From contig CAYRHT010000004.1 of NCBI GenBank assembly GCA_964424195.1, positions 76,769 through 140,768 on the forward strand: a stretch of DNA of 64,000 nt. The letters run 5' to 3'. Every line of letters starts with the position of its first letter. The stretch's first letter is position 1. Below, piece by piece: positions 19,133 to 28,642 of this stretch. This DNA is from an uncultured Gammaproteobacteria bacterium (GTDB lineage: Bacteria > Patescibacteriota > Patescibacteriia > UBA1558 > S5-K13). The notes beneath the pieces were generated by a model that was not told the DNA's origin, did no database searches, and saw only the letters and a program-made list of their open reading frames with translations. The position numbers and the translations under genes were made by a program.

Positions 19133-19158
19133 AAATATCTAGGAATAGGTATTTTTTT
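19133..19158 (+). terminator. Terminator after tRNA-Lys
   Basis: aaatatcta-ggaa-taggtattt plus T run. Confidence 0.65.
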
Positions 19159-19167
19159 GTTTGAATT

Positions 19168-19203
19168 AAAAAACCGCGAAAAGTATGAAACTTTCCACGG
19201 TTT
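19168..19203 (-). terminator. Terminator for the minus-strand gene ending at 19216
   Basis: Imperfect hairpin aaaccg...cggttt preceded by an A run on the plus strand. Confidence 0.6.
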
Positions 19204-19215
19204 GTTTTTAAAGCA

Positions 19216-19479
19216 CTATCTATTGAATGGTCCACATTCTTCGATATGACCTCTTAGTTTTGCGAAAGTATTAACTAAGATAGGAACTGTGAAATATAAT
19301 CCACACTTACTACAAACATATCTATTATAAGCTGGAGCAGTATGATATTTATGAAAGAAACCACCACAATGTTTATGTTTTGTTAAGTGACTATCTAATG
19401 GATCATTTTCGTCATTAACATCTTTGTTTATTAGAGTCTCATCAAAAGGTGTTAATACAACTTCTATACCTTTTTCCAT
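19216..19479 (-). CDS. Small hypothetical zinc-ribbon-like protein
   Basis: AGGAGG RBS; HKHCGG ... CSKCG motifs. Confidence 0.75.
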   Translation of the reverse strand: MEKGIEVVLTPFDETLINKDVNDENDPLDSHLTKHKHCGGFFHKYHTAPAYNRYVCSKCGLYFTVPILVNTFAKLRGHIEECGPFNR

Positions 19480-19519
19480 TTTTCCTCCTAATTTTGTATC
19501 GAGCTAAACTCGAGTGTTT

Positions 19520-22500
19520 TTATTTATTTAAATCTAATTTCAACTGTTTCTTTTTAATTATTTTCTTTACTAAGAATTTAATTAATCTAATTATTTTCTT
19601 TAAAAGTGGTTTACGTTCTTCTTTCTCACCTTCTAACATTACATAAAGAGCAGGAACAACTACTAAAGTTAAAACAGTAGCAAAGGTTAATCCAAAGATA
19701 ATTGAATAACTTAATCCAGCCCAGAAGGGATCAGCAAATGCTAAAGGTAATAATCCAATAACAGTAGTTACGGTTGTTAGAATGATTGGTTGTAATCTAG
19801 ACATGGCTGCTTCATGAATTGCGGGAATAAATTCCATCTTAGTTTTTCGAATGTTGTAATTAATTCGAGAAATTAAAACAATGGCATCATTAACCACAAT
19901 ACCTACTAAGGATATTACCCCAATAAAGGCTGAAATGCTAAAGTTTAATCGTAATATTGTTAATCCGAAGACAACTCCAATTAAAGAGAGTGGTAGAGTG
20001 AACATAATGATTAGAGGTTGCTTGAAAGAGTTGAATTGTAGAACTAAAATAGTAATAATCAAAAGTACAGCTACAATCAAAGTAGTAAACATCTCTTGAA
20101 ATGATTTTTCAATATCTTCTTGCTCTCCACCATATTCGATAAAGTAATTTTTTGGTAATTCGTAAGTTTCTAATTTAGTAGCTAGTTCTTTAAAGGTTTT
20201 AGTAGCGTTATATCCATTCTTCAAAGAAGAGGAGACTCTAATAACTCGTTCTGAATTTTGATGTTGAATTGAAGATACACTTGGTTCAAACCCTATATTT
20301 GAGATAGCTGAAAGAGATATTTGTCCTTTAGGAGAAGATATTAAAATATTCTTTACATCTTCAATATTATCAAAATTATCTTCATCATATTTAACTTGAA
20401 TTTTAATATCTTTTCCTTCTTTAGTAACTTCTGAGGCAGTAGTTCCATAGACTATTTGTCTTAAAGACATGGCTACTTGAGCTACACTTAGATTATAGTA
20501 GCTTAATTTGTTTTGATCTAAGTTGATGACAAATTGTCCAGTAGTATTTTCTAAATCTGTTTCAATATCAATAGGACCATCTATTCCTTCTAAGAATACT
20601 TGAATATCACCAGCTATCTTATTTAGTTCATTTAAATCATCACCAGTAACTCGGACTTCAATTGGAGAGCCAGCTGGAGGACCACCAGCCATTGGTGGAA
20701 TAGTAATCTTAATATCATCTTTATTATATTGTTCAAAGTAATCTCGAGCTTCTTGAGCTAATTCATTACTTGTTTTTTCTCGATCATCTGGATCAATTAA
20801 ATTAACAGTGATATTGGCTAAATGAGTTTTAGTAGAACCACTATCCCAACCCCAACCCTGAGAAGAACCAATGACCATCACATAGTTTTCACATTCTTCA
20901 ATAGATCGAACATATTCTTCAATAGGTTTCATTCTTTCTTCAGTTGTTTCAATGACTGTTCCGTTTGGTGTTTCGATGTTTACAAAAAAGTAATCAAAAT
21001 CAAACTCAGGGAACATTTCTACTTTCATTAATCCAATAATTGGAAAGAGAACAGAGATAACAAATAATCCAATGAATGACCAGATAAGAGTTCTACGATA
21101 TTTTTTACTAGGCAATAGTTTTTTTAATAATATTTCATATTTAGCCTTAACTGGAACTAAAAGTCTTTCTAAAAGAGGAACCTTTGGATTTATAATCTTC
21201 ATTAACTTAGATTTTTGATGAGGCTCATCAGCTTTATCATGTCTATTTTTCTTTCTTCTTAAAATTCGAGAAGCTAGCATCGGTAGGATTGTGAGAGAGA
21301 TGAATAAAGAAGAAGCTAGAGTAAAGAGAATTGTTAAAGGTATATATTTTAAATATTCTCCCATTATTCCAGAAATTAAAAGCATGGGAACAAAGGCAGA
21401 TATAGTAGTCATTGTTCCAGAAATTAAAGCTAATTTAAAAGTAGCTAGAGAGTGCAGAGCAGCATTAAGGGCAGTCATTCCCTTATGCTCCATAGCTTCA
21501 AATATTCCTTCCATAATTACAATGGAAGTATCAACCAGAAGTCCCAGAGATAGTACTAATGAAAAAGTGGTCATACTGTTTAAAGTAAAACCAATTACTT
21601 TCATAAAAAAGAATGATGATAGGAATGCTAGAGGAATTACAAAAACTGCTAAACTGGATTCTTTCCAACCCATAGCAATAAATATAATTAAAATGATTAA
21701 AAAGATTGTTTGAACAGCACTTTTACCTAAAGTATTTAAATCTTTTTCAACATAAACAGAGTTATCATTAGTAATCTTGATGTTTAGATCTTCTGGCACT
21801 CTTTTGTTATCTTTTAATTTATTTACTTCTTGTTTAGCACTTTCTACTATTTTTAAAATATTACCACCTGTTTTTTTATAAACTTGAATAGATATTGTAT
21901 TTTGAGGTTCACCACCAGCAACAGATAATCGAGAGATGGTAGTCTTATCTTTAAAGGTATCTTTAATCTCAGCAATATCTTTTAAATAAATAGGCTGGTC
22001 TTGATTGTAGGTAATGATTAGGTTTTTTAGAGGTTCAATTTCTGTAAAACGACCCTCAGTTCTTAAGCTATATTTATAGCCATCAATTTCAATATTACCT
22101 AAAGGCATATCAATATTTGAAGCAGCAATTATATTACTAACCATTGAGATATCTAAACCATATCCTTGTATTTTTTGTTGATCAATTGTAATTTGATATT
22201 CCTTTTTTAATTCACCAAGAATAGGAGCTTTGGATACTCCAGGGATGTTTTCCAATTTATCTTGCATTAAGTCAGCGTATTCTTGTAATTGAGAATTATT
22301 ATAGTTTCCAAATAAAGAAAAAGTAATTAGAGGAAAATCATTAGCTCTAATTTCAGTAACAATTGGATCTTCTGCTTCATCTGGTAATCTAGGTTTAGCA
22401 GTGTCAACAGCATCACGAAGATTTCGCATAGCTTCTTTCATGTCTACTTCTGGATCAAATTGAACAAAGATAGAAGAGAAGCCAATATTAGAACTAGAAG

Positions 22501-22807
22501 TCATCTCATCTAGATTTTCTAAATTATCTATTTCAGATTCTAATTTATTAGTAATTAAATATTCAATATCTTCTGGAGCAGCTCCAGTATACATTGTATT
22601 TACAACCGCAAAAGGGATTTTAACTTCTGGATCTGATTCTCGGGGTAGAGTAGCTAAACTCATTATTCCGAATAGGAAGATAGCTCCAATGATTAAATAG
22701 GAGAAACGAAAATGTTTAATAAAAAAACCAAAGAAAGAATTAGTACTTTCTAATTCATATTTCTTCTCTGCTTCATTAGAAAAATTAGGAGTGTTATTTA
22801 ATTCCAT
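19520..22807 (-). CDS. RND efflux transporter, AcrB/AcrD/AcrF family
   Basis: 1095 aa, GAAPEDIE, LGLLVDTSIVIME, GIVVNDAIVL, RLQPIILT. Confidence 0.95.
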   Translation of the reverse strand: MELNNTPNFSNEAEKKYELESTNSFFGFFIKHFRFSYLIIGAIFLFGIMSLATLPRESDPEVKIPFAVVNTMYTGAAPEDIEYLITNKLESEIDNLENLDEMTSSSNIGFSSIFVQFDPEVDMKEAMRNLRDAVDTAKPRLPDEAEDPIVTEIRANDFPLITFSLFGNYNNSQLQEYADLMQDKLENIPGVSKAPILGELKKEYQITIDQQKIQGYGLDISMVSNIIAASNIDMPLGNIEIDGYKYSLRTEGRFTEIEPLKNLIITYNQDQPIYLKDIAEIKDTFKDKTTISRLSVAGGEPQNTISIQVYKKTGGNILKIVESAKQEVNKLKDNKRVPEDLNIKITNDNSVYVEKDLNTLGKSAVQTIFLIILIIFIAMGWKESSLAVFVIPLAFLSSFFFMKVIGFTLNSMTTFSLVLSLGLLVDTSIVIMEGIFEAMEHKGMTALNAALHSLATFKLALISGTMTTISAFVPMLLISGIMGEYLKYIPLTILFTLASSLFISLTILPMLASRILRRKKNRHDKADEPHQKSKLMKIINPKVPLLERLLVPVKAKYEILLKKLLPSKKYRRTLIWSFIGLFVISVLFPIIGLMKVEMFPEFDFDYFFVNIETPNGTVIETTEERMKPIEEYVRSIEECENYVMVIGSSQGWGWDSGSTKTHLANITVNLIDPDDREKTSNELAQEARDYFEQYNKDDIKITIPPMAGGPPAGSPIEVRVTGDDLNELNKIAGDIQVFLEGIDGPIDIETDLENTTGQFVINLDQNKLSYYNLSVAQVAMSLRQIVYGTTASEVTKEGKDIKIQVKYDEDNFDNIEDVKNILISSPKGQISLSAISNIGFEPSVSSIQHQNSERVIRVSSSLKNGYNATKTFKELATKLETYELPKNYFIEYGGEQEDIEKSFQEMFTTLIVAVLLIITILVLQFNSFKQPLIIMFTLPLSLIGVVFGLTILRLNFSISAFIGVISLVGIVVNDAIVLISRINYNIRKTKMEFIPAIHEAAMSRLQPIILTTVTTVIGLLPLAFADPFWAGLSYSIIFGLTFATVLTLVVVPALYVMLEGEKEERKPLLKKIIRLIKFLVKKIIKKKQLKLDLNK

Positions 22808-22819
22808 TTTATATTTTTA

Positions 22820-24517
22820 TTAATAATCAGAAATTTCAACTTCTGTGCCTTCGTTTAATAATTTAGCATTTTCAATAGCTATTTGTTCACCCTCTTCTAG
22901 ACCATTACTAATAACTATTTTATCATTAATGATTTGGAGGTATTCAACTATTCTATTAACTATCTTATTATCTTCAATTATTTTTACAGTAGCTGTGTCC
23001 TGTTCTAGGTCTACTGCTTTCAAAGGAATAATATAGATGTTTTCTTGTTCAGCTAATTTACTTAAAGGAATTTGGACATCAGCAAAGGATTCTGGTATTA
23101 AATCTAAATTACTATTATTATATCCTATTTCAATAGTTACTTTTTTACTAACTGGATCAGCAATTGGATTAATTTTACTTAAAGTTCCAGGGAAAATGTT
23201 ATTAATCATTACTTCATCACCAAGAGTTAGGAAACTAACATTTTCAGCTGGAATTGATGTTTCTATTTTAACATGGTTAACAACAGATATTTCAAATAAT
23301 CCTTGGCCAGCATTTACTTCATCACCAATTTCAACCATCTTGTTGGAAATTACTCCAGTGAAAGGAGCAATAATATTTTGTCTAGATTTACTAATTCCAA
23401 CTAGATCTAAATTAGTCTGAGCAGATTGTAAAGAATTCTCTGCTCCACTGATTGCTAGAATCTTTCCTTGGTTAGCATTAGCTAGGGCTGTTTCAGCACT
23501 AGTTAATCCAATTTGAGATAATCTAAGGGCACTATTGATTTGATCTAATAGACCTCTATTAACTAATCTTATACTTTCTATTCCTTGAAGAGTTGTATTA
23601 GCATAACTTAGGTTTGTAGAAACTGTATTTTGATAACTAATAGTACTATTAGTTAAAGTAGATAAAGAAGTTTGATTAAAATCAGAAGAAATTATAGTAG
23701 AGTACATTCCTAAGAGAATTGTATCAATTAAAGATTTAGAGTCTCCTAAGAGCATAATTGTTTCACTAAGAACTTCTTCTATATTATTTTTATTAATTTC
23801 TTGATTATATATTTCTTCATAATCATTTTTCAATCTTTGATATGAAGATTTAGCTTGGTTTTTGTAGCTAAAATTCCGAGCTGAGAATACATTTTCTAAA
23901 CCACTATAAATTACTTGATGATCTACTCCTAAAATACCATCAGCAAAATCTAAAGTATTATAAACATTATTTAAATATCCTTCATTACTAATAATAGAGT
24001 TATTCAAGGTGTCATTTAATGATTTAGTAGTACTTTCAATAGTATCAGTATGAGTAGATTCAGCTAATTGTAGAGATTCTTGAGCTTGTTCTAAAGCTAA
24101 TTTAGCCTGAGTTAGAGTTTCTTCAGCACTAATTAAGCTACTATTGTAGGAATTAAGAGCTGTATTGTAGGAATTAAGAGCTGAAGAATAATTAGTTTCA
24201 GTTCTGGCATCAAAGAGGTAGGCCAATGATTGACCAATTAGTAATTCATCTCCTTGTTCAGCTAGAATGTTAGTTACTGTTCCACCAGTTAGAGCTTTAA
24301 TAACTACAGATTTTAGAGGTTTAATAGTTCCAGTAATTTCCATCATTACTGTTTCACTTTGTTTAGAAACAGTCATAACTTGGATTTTAGGTTTAATAGT
24401 TTCAATTACCTCTTTATCAGTATCCTTGTTAGAACAAGCAGTTAAAGAGAATAACAAAACTAAGGTCATTAGAATAGCGACTTGTTTTCGGTATTTATTG
24501 ATCATATATTTAATCAT
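22820..24517 (-). CDS. RND periplasmic adaptor (membrane fusion protein), lipoprotein with long coiled coil
   Basis: LTAC lipobox, lipoyl halves G.V..I.AEQGD and I.APFTGVI, GL.EGE.I. Confidence 0.88.
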   Translation of the reverse strand: MIKYMINKYRKQVAILMTLVLLFSLTACSNKDTDKEVIETIKPKIQVMTVSKQSETVMMEITGTIKPLKSVVIKALTGGTVTNILAEQGDELLIGQSLAYLFDARTETNYSSALNSYNTALNSYNSSLISAEETLTQAKLALEQAQESLQLAESTHTDTIESTTKSLNDTLNNSIISNEGYLNNVYNTLDFADGILGVDHQVIYSGLENVFSARNFSYKNQAKSSYQRLKNDYEEIYNQEINKNNIEEVLSETIMLLGDSKSLIDTILLGMYSTIISSDFNQTSLSTLTNSTISYQNTVSTNLSYANTTLQGIESIRLVNRGLLDQINSALRLSQIGLTSAETALANANQGKILAISGAENSLQSAQTNLDLVGISKSRQNIIAPFTGVISNKMVEIGDEVNAGQGLFEISVVNHVKIETSIPAENVSFLTLGDEVMINNIFPGTLSKINPIADPVSKKVTIEIGYNNSNLDLIPESFADVQIPLSKLAEQENIYIIPLKAVDLEQDTATVKIIEDNKIVNRIVEYLQIINDKIVISNGLEEGEQIAIENAKLLNEGTEVEISDY

Positions 24518-24638
24518 TTTAATTATAATAATTAGGTTATTTTAGCTTAAATAAGGGAAAAGTCAAGGGTTTTTAGAATTTGATTATTCAAAAAAGACTT
24601 TAATAAATTAAAGCCTTTTTATTAATCTTTATAATAAT

Positions 24639-25601
24639 TTAATCATCACTTTCATCAGCAATATCACCAACTATTTCTTCTAAAATATCCTCTAGGGTTA
24701 TAAGTCCTAATATTTGACCATCTTTTCTAGTAACTAATGAGATATGGCTATTACTCTTAATCATTTTCTTGAAAGTAGAGTTTATCTTTTTGTGTTCGTC
24801 AGTATTAATTAAAGCTTGAACATATTTTTCTAAAGTGTTCTCTCTTTCATCACTATTTAGAATCTTCATAATATCTTTAATATGAACATAACCAATAATA
24901 TTGTCTTTGTTATTCTTGTAGACTGGATATCGACTATGTTGCTCGTGAGCCATATAGTAAGCAACTTGATCAACTTCAGCATCATGATTAACAGAATTAA
25001 CTTTGTAAAAAGGAGTCATTACTTCTTTGACTGTTTTGTCATTAAAGTTAAGAATATTCATAATCATTTCATGTTCTTTGAATTCAATGGTTCCACTTTC
25101 TACAGCCATTCTACTCATAGCTTTAAATTCAGTTTCTGAAACAATTTCAGCTTTACTATTGGTTAAAAGATTTAATATTTTTTCTAAGATCCAAATTATT
25201 GGATAAAGGATTATTTCTAAACTATAAACAAGGGGGGCAAATCTTAAAGCTATTTTTTCAGCATTAATTTGGAAATAGGCTTTAGGCCACATTTCACCAA
25301 AGATTAAAATTAAAAGAGTGACAACTCCAGTTGCTATTCCAATAGCAGCAGAGCCAAACCTTTCTTGAATCCAAACAGTAGTTAAGGCAGCAGTAAAAAC
25401 ATTTACTAAGTTATTACCTAATAATATTACAACTAAAAGTTTATTCTTTTTGTTTAATAATTTTTCTACTAACTTAGCATTTTTCTTTTCTTCTTCAACT
25501 AAAGCTTTAACTTTGGCAGAGGAGAGAGAAAAAAGAGCAATTTCCATTCCAGAGAACCAGGCTGAGAGAGTTAGTAAGATAACTAAATACAATAACATCA
25601 T
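24639..25601 (-). CDS. DUF21/CNNM plus CBS-pair protein (hemolysin/CorC-like); start reassigned to ATG 25601
   Basis: LSAWFSGMEIALFS, ILLGNNLVN, FGEMWPK, HSRYPVY, GLITLEDILEEIVGDI.DE. Confidence 0.92.
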   Translation of the reverse strand: MMLLYLVILLTLSAWFSGMEIALFSLSSAKVKALVEEEKKNAKLVEKLLNKKNKLLVVILLGNNLVNVFTAALTTVWIQERFGSAAIGIATGVVTLLILIFGEMWPKAYFQINAEKIALRFAPLVYSLEIILYPIIWILEKILNLLTNSKAEIVSETEFKAMSRMAVESGTIEFKEHEMIMNILNFNDKTVKEVMTPFYKVNSVNHDAEVDQVAYYMAHEQHSRYPVYKNNKDNIIGYVHIKDIMKILNSDERENTLEKYVQALINTDEHKKINSTFKKMIKSNSHISLVTRKDGQILGLITLEDILEEIVGDIADESDD

Positions 25602-25707
25602 AATTGATTTGGTTATTTTTAATCTATATATGTATATAGTATAAAAAATAGAGGGATAAGGCAATTTGTATTTTCATGTTTTGATAATTATTTGTTATAA
25701 TTCAAAC

Positions 25708-28380
25708 ATGAAAAAGAATTATTATCATCAAACAGTAAAAGCAGTTATCTCTGAACTTAAATCAAGTACTGAAGGTTTGAGTACTAAAGAGGTGAAGAAG
25801 AAAAAGCTTAAATATGGTTTGAATAAATTAATTGAACAAAAGAAAGTTTCTAAATTCTTTATTTTCCTCAGTCAATTTCATAGCATTCTAATTTATGTTT
25901 TAATCTTAGCTTCAGGGATTTCTTTTTTATTCCATGAATATATTGATGCTGTTGTAATTATGGCAGCTGTTTTTTTAAATGCTTTAATTGGTTACTTTCA
26001 AGAGAATAAAGCTAATAGTGATTTATCTAAATTAAGAACATATATTAAAAGGGAAGTGTTTGTAAGGAGAGATGGAAAGCAATTTTTAATTGATGTTCAG
26101 AATCTAGTTCCAGGGGATATAGTTTTGTTACAAGCTGGTTCTAGAATTTCAGCTGATGCTCGAATTATTGAATCCAATGAATTAAAAGTTGATGAATCAG
26201 TTTTAACTGGAGAATCTATTGCCGTGGACAAGAGTAGTCAGAAAGTTTCTGTGGGAGCTGCTACTGGAGACCGAAGCTCTATGGTCTATATGGGAACTAC
26301 AGTAGTTAAAGGAAATGCTGTAGCTATTGTTACTGCCACAGGAATGAAGACAGAGATAGGTAAAATTGCTGGTTATGTTAGTCAAACTAAAGATGAAGAT
26401 ACTCCTTTACAAATTAGATTAAAAAAATTAGGGAAGTTAATTGGAATAGTAGCAGTTGTTATTTGTTTAATTATTTTTGTTTTAGGAATACTCTTAGGTA
26501 GATCAACTTTAGAAATGTTTTTAATTAGTGTAGCTATTGCTGTGTCTTCTATTCCAGAAGGATTACCAGTAGCAATTACAGTAGTTCTAGCTATTGGAAT
26601 GCAAAGGATATTGAAAGAGAAATCTTTAGTTCGAAGATTAGTGGCTGCTGAAACCTTGGGTTCCACAACTGTAATTTGTACTGACAAGACTGGAACTTTA
26701 ACTCTGGGGAAGATGAAAATCTCTAGTGTTATCTTAGATAATGAAATTGTTGATTTATTCTCTAGAAAGAAAGAAGTTCCTCAGAGAGTAGAAGAGATTC
26801 TGCGAACCGGTTTGTTATGCAATGATGCTTTTTTTGAAAATAATTGTGTTTCAGAAGAATGCTTAAAAGAATGGAAAGTTTCTGGTTCACCTACTGATCA
26901 AGCCTTACTTTTGTCAGGAGTAGAATTGGGATTAGATTTAGACAAAGAACAAAAGAAATATTCTAGAATAGATGAAGTTACTTTTGATTCTTCTAAGAAG
27001 TATATGATGACTTTGCATAAGTATACTAATCTTAAGAGTGATGATCGGTTAATATTATGTAAAGGAGCTCCAGAAGTTGTTTTAGAACATTGTTCCTTTA
27101 TGGAGACAGCTCAAGGAGTTAAGAAACTTACAGAAAAGAAGAGAGAAGAGTTAAAAAAGATTGAGGATAAATTGACAGCTCAAGGTTTAAGATTATTAGC
27201 TGTTGCTCAAAGGAGAATAAATTCTAAACTTTTGAAAGAAAATTTAGATGATAATTTTGAAGCTTTAACTTTCCTTGGTTTTGTAACCTTGCGGGATCCT
27301 TTGAGAGAGACCTCTCGTCAAACTATTAAGACTTGTATGCAAGCTGGTATTCGACCAATAATTATTACTGGAGATCATAAATTAACTGCTCGAGCTATTG
27401 CTAATGAAGTAGGATTGAAAGTAGCAGCTGAAAATATTTTAGTGGGAAAAGATTTGGATAGTTTAAGTGACGATGATTTAAGAGAGAAAGTTAAAAAGGT
27501 TAGTCTTTATGCTCGAGTTAGTCCTCATCACAAGTTAAGAATTATTCAAGCTCTGCAGGAGAATAATGAAGTAGTAGCTATGGCGGGAGATGGTATTAAT
27601 GATGCTCCAGCAATTCAGATGGCTGATATTGGAATAGCTTTAGGTTCAGGAACAGATATTGCTAAAGAGACAGCAGAGATTGTTTTGTTAGAGAATAATT
27701 TCTCAGTAATTGTTCAAGCTATTAAACAAGGAAGAATTATTTTTGATAATCTGAGGAAGATAATTGTCTATCTCTTGTCAGATTCTTTCTCAGGGATGCT
27801 CTTGGTTGTTTCGGCGGTTATTCTGGGAATGCCTTTACCTTTGATTCCAGCTCAGATTTTGTGGATTAATATTGTAAATGACTCTTTGCCGAACTTTGCT
27901 TTAGCTTTTGAAAAGGGGGATAAGGATATTATGAAGCGGAAGCCTTTGAAAAAGAATGAACCAATTTTGAATAAGGAGATGAAGTTTTTAATTTTTGTGA
28001 TTGGAGTTTTTACTGATATTGGTATTTTATCCCTATTCATTTATCTCTTTAAAACAGGTTTAGACATTGAGCATATTCGAACATTTATGTTTGCTGCTTT
28101 AGGAATTGATTCTCTAATTTATGTATATTCTTGTAAGAACCTAAAGAGACAGATTTGGAATTACAAGTTGTTTGATAACAAACTTTTAATTATAGGAACA
28201 TTGATTAGTTTTGCAATGCTAATGGCTGGAATCTATCTTCCTTTCTTTCAAGGAGTCTTAAGAACAGTACCTCTAGGAGCAGAGGGTTGGTTAATTATGG
28301 CGGGAGTAGCTGTATTTGAAGTATTTTCTATTGAACTTGGTAAATGGTTATTTATTCATCGCTGGAGAAAGAAGAAATAG
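25708..28380 (+). CDS. P-type cation-transporting ATPase (P2A, Ca2+-type); start reassigned to ATG 25708
   Basis: TGES, IPEGLP, DKTGTLT, KGAPE, TGD, GDGINDAP. Confidence 0.96.
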   Translation: MKKNYYHQTVKAVISELKSSTEGLSTKEVKKKKLKYGLNKLIEQKKVSKFFIFLSQFHSILIYVLILASGISFLFHEYIDAVVIMAAVFLNALIGYFQENKANSDLSKLRTYIKREVFVRRDGKQFLIDVQNLVPGDIVLLQAGSRISADARIIESNELKVDESVLTGESIAVDKSSQKVSVGAATGDRSSMVYMGTTVVKGNAVAIVTATGMKTEIGKIAGYVSQTKDEDTPLQIRLKKLGKLIGIVAVVICLIIFVLGILLGRSTLEMFLISVAIAVSSIPEGLPVAITVVLAIGMQRILKEKSLVRRLVAAETLGSTTVICTDKTGTLTLGKMKISSVILDNEIVDLFSRKKEVPQRVEEILRTGLLCNDAFFENNCVSEECLKEWKVSGSPTDQALLLSGVELGLDLDKEQKKYSRIDEVTFDSSKKYMMTLHKYTNLKSDDRLILCKGAPEVVLEHCSFMETAQGVKKLTEKKREELKKIEDKLTAQGLRLLAVAQRRINSKLLKENLDDNFEALTFLGFVTLRDPLRETSRQTIKTCMQAGIRPIIITGDHKLTARAIANEVGLKVAAENILVGKDLDSLSDDDLREKVKKVSLYARVSPHHKLRIIQALQENNEVVAMAGDGINDAPAIQMADIGIALGSGTDIAKETAEIVLLENNFSVIVQAIKQGRIIFDNLRKIIVYLLSDSFSGMLLVVSAVILGMPLPLIPAQILWINIVNDSLPNFALAFEKGDKDIMKRKPLKKNEPILNKEMKFLIFVIGVFTDIGILSLFIYLFKTGLDIEHIRTFMFAALGIDSLIYVYSCKNLKRQIWNYKLFDNKLLIIGTLISFAMLMAGIYLPFFQGVLRTVPLGAEGWLIMAGVAVFEVFSIELGKWLFIHRWRKKK

Positions 28381-28397
28381 TTTTCTTTGAATATAGT

Positions 28398-28425
28398 AAA
28401 TCTCGTTGAAAGCGGGGTTTTTTTT
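28398..28425 (+). terminator. Intrinsic terminator after the ATPase
   Basis: aaatctcgtt-gaa-agcggggttt plus long T run. Confidence 0.8.
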
Positions 28426-28440
28426 GTTTCTTAATATGAG

Positions 28441-28468
28441 TTGACAAATCGTACCAATATGCTATAAT
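28441..28468 (+). promoter_or_regulatory. Consensus sigma70 promoter
   Basis: TTGACA-16-TATAAT with extended -10 TG. Confidence 0.85.
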
Positions 28469-28473
28469 AATCT

Positions 28474-28607
28474 ATTCTTCAAATACCAGAAGAATTGCGT
28501 TGGAAACGTAGAGGATAACCTAAAGGTCACTGGAAGTGACTGGTTATCGCTTGGGATGTGCCGGAGGCACAAGTATATTGTTCTTCAGGAGAAGTTATCA
28601 ATATACT
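28474..28607 (+). ncRNA. Candidate structured RNA or 5' leader with repeated GGA-loop hairpins
   Basis: Five consecutive hairpins, four capped by GGA/AGGA loops; directly after a consensus promoter; family not recognised. Confidence 0.55.
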
Positions 28608-28642
28608 AGCAGTTTAAAAAAACCAAGAAAAAAGGAGGAAAG

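Noticed and set aside
19054-19479. Prophage or island integrated at tRNA-Lys
   Set aside because: No integrase and no duplicated tRNA 3' end were seen in the window.
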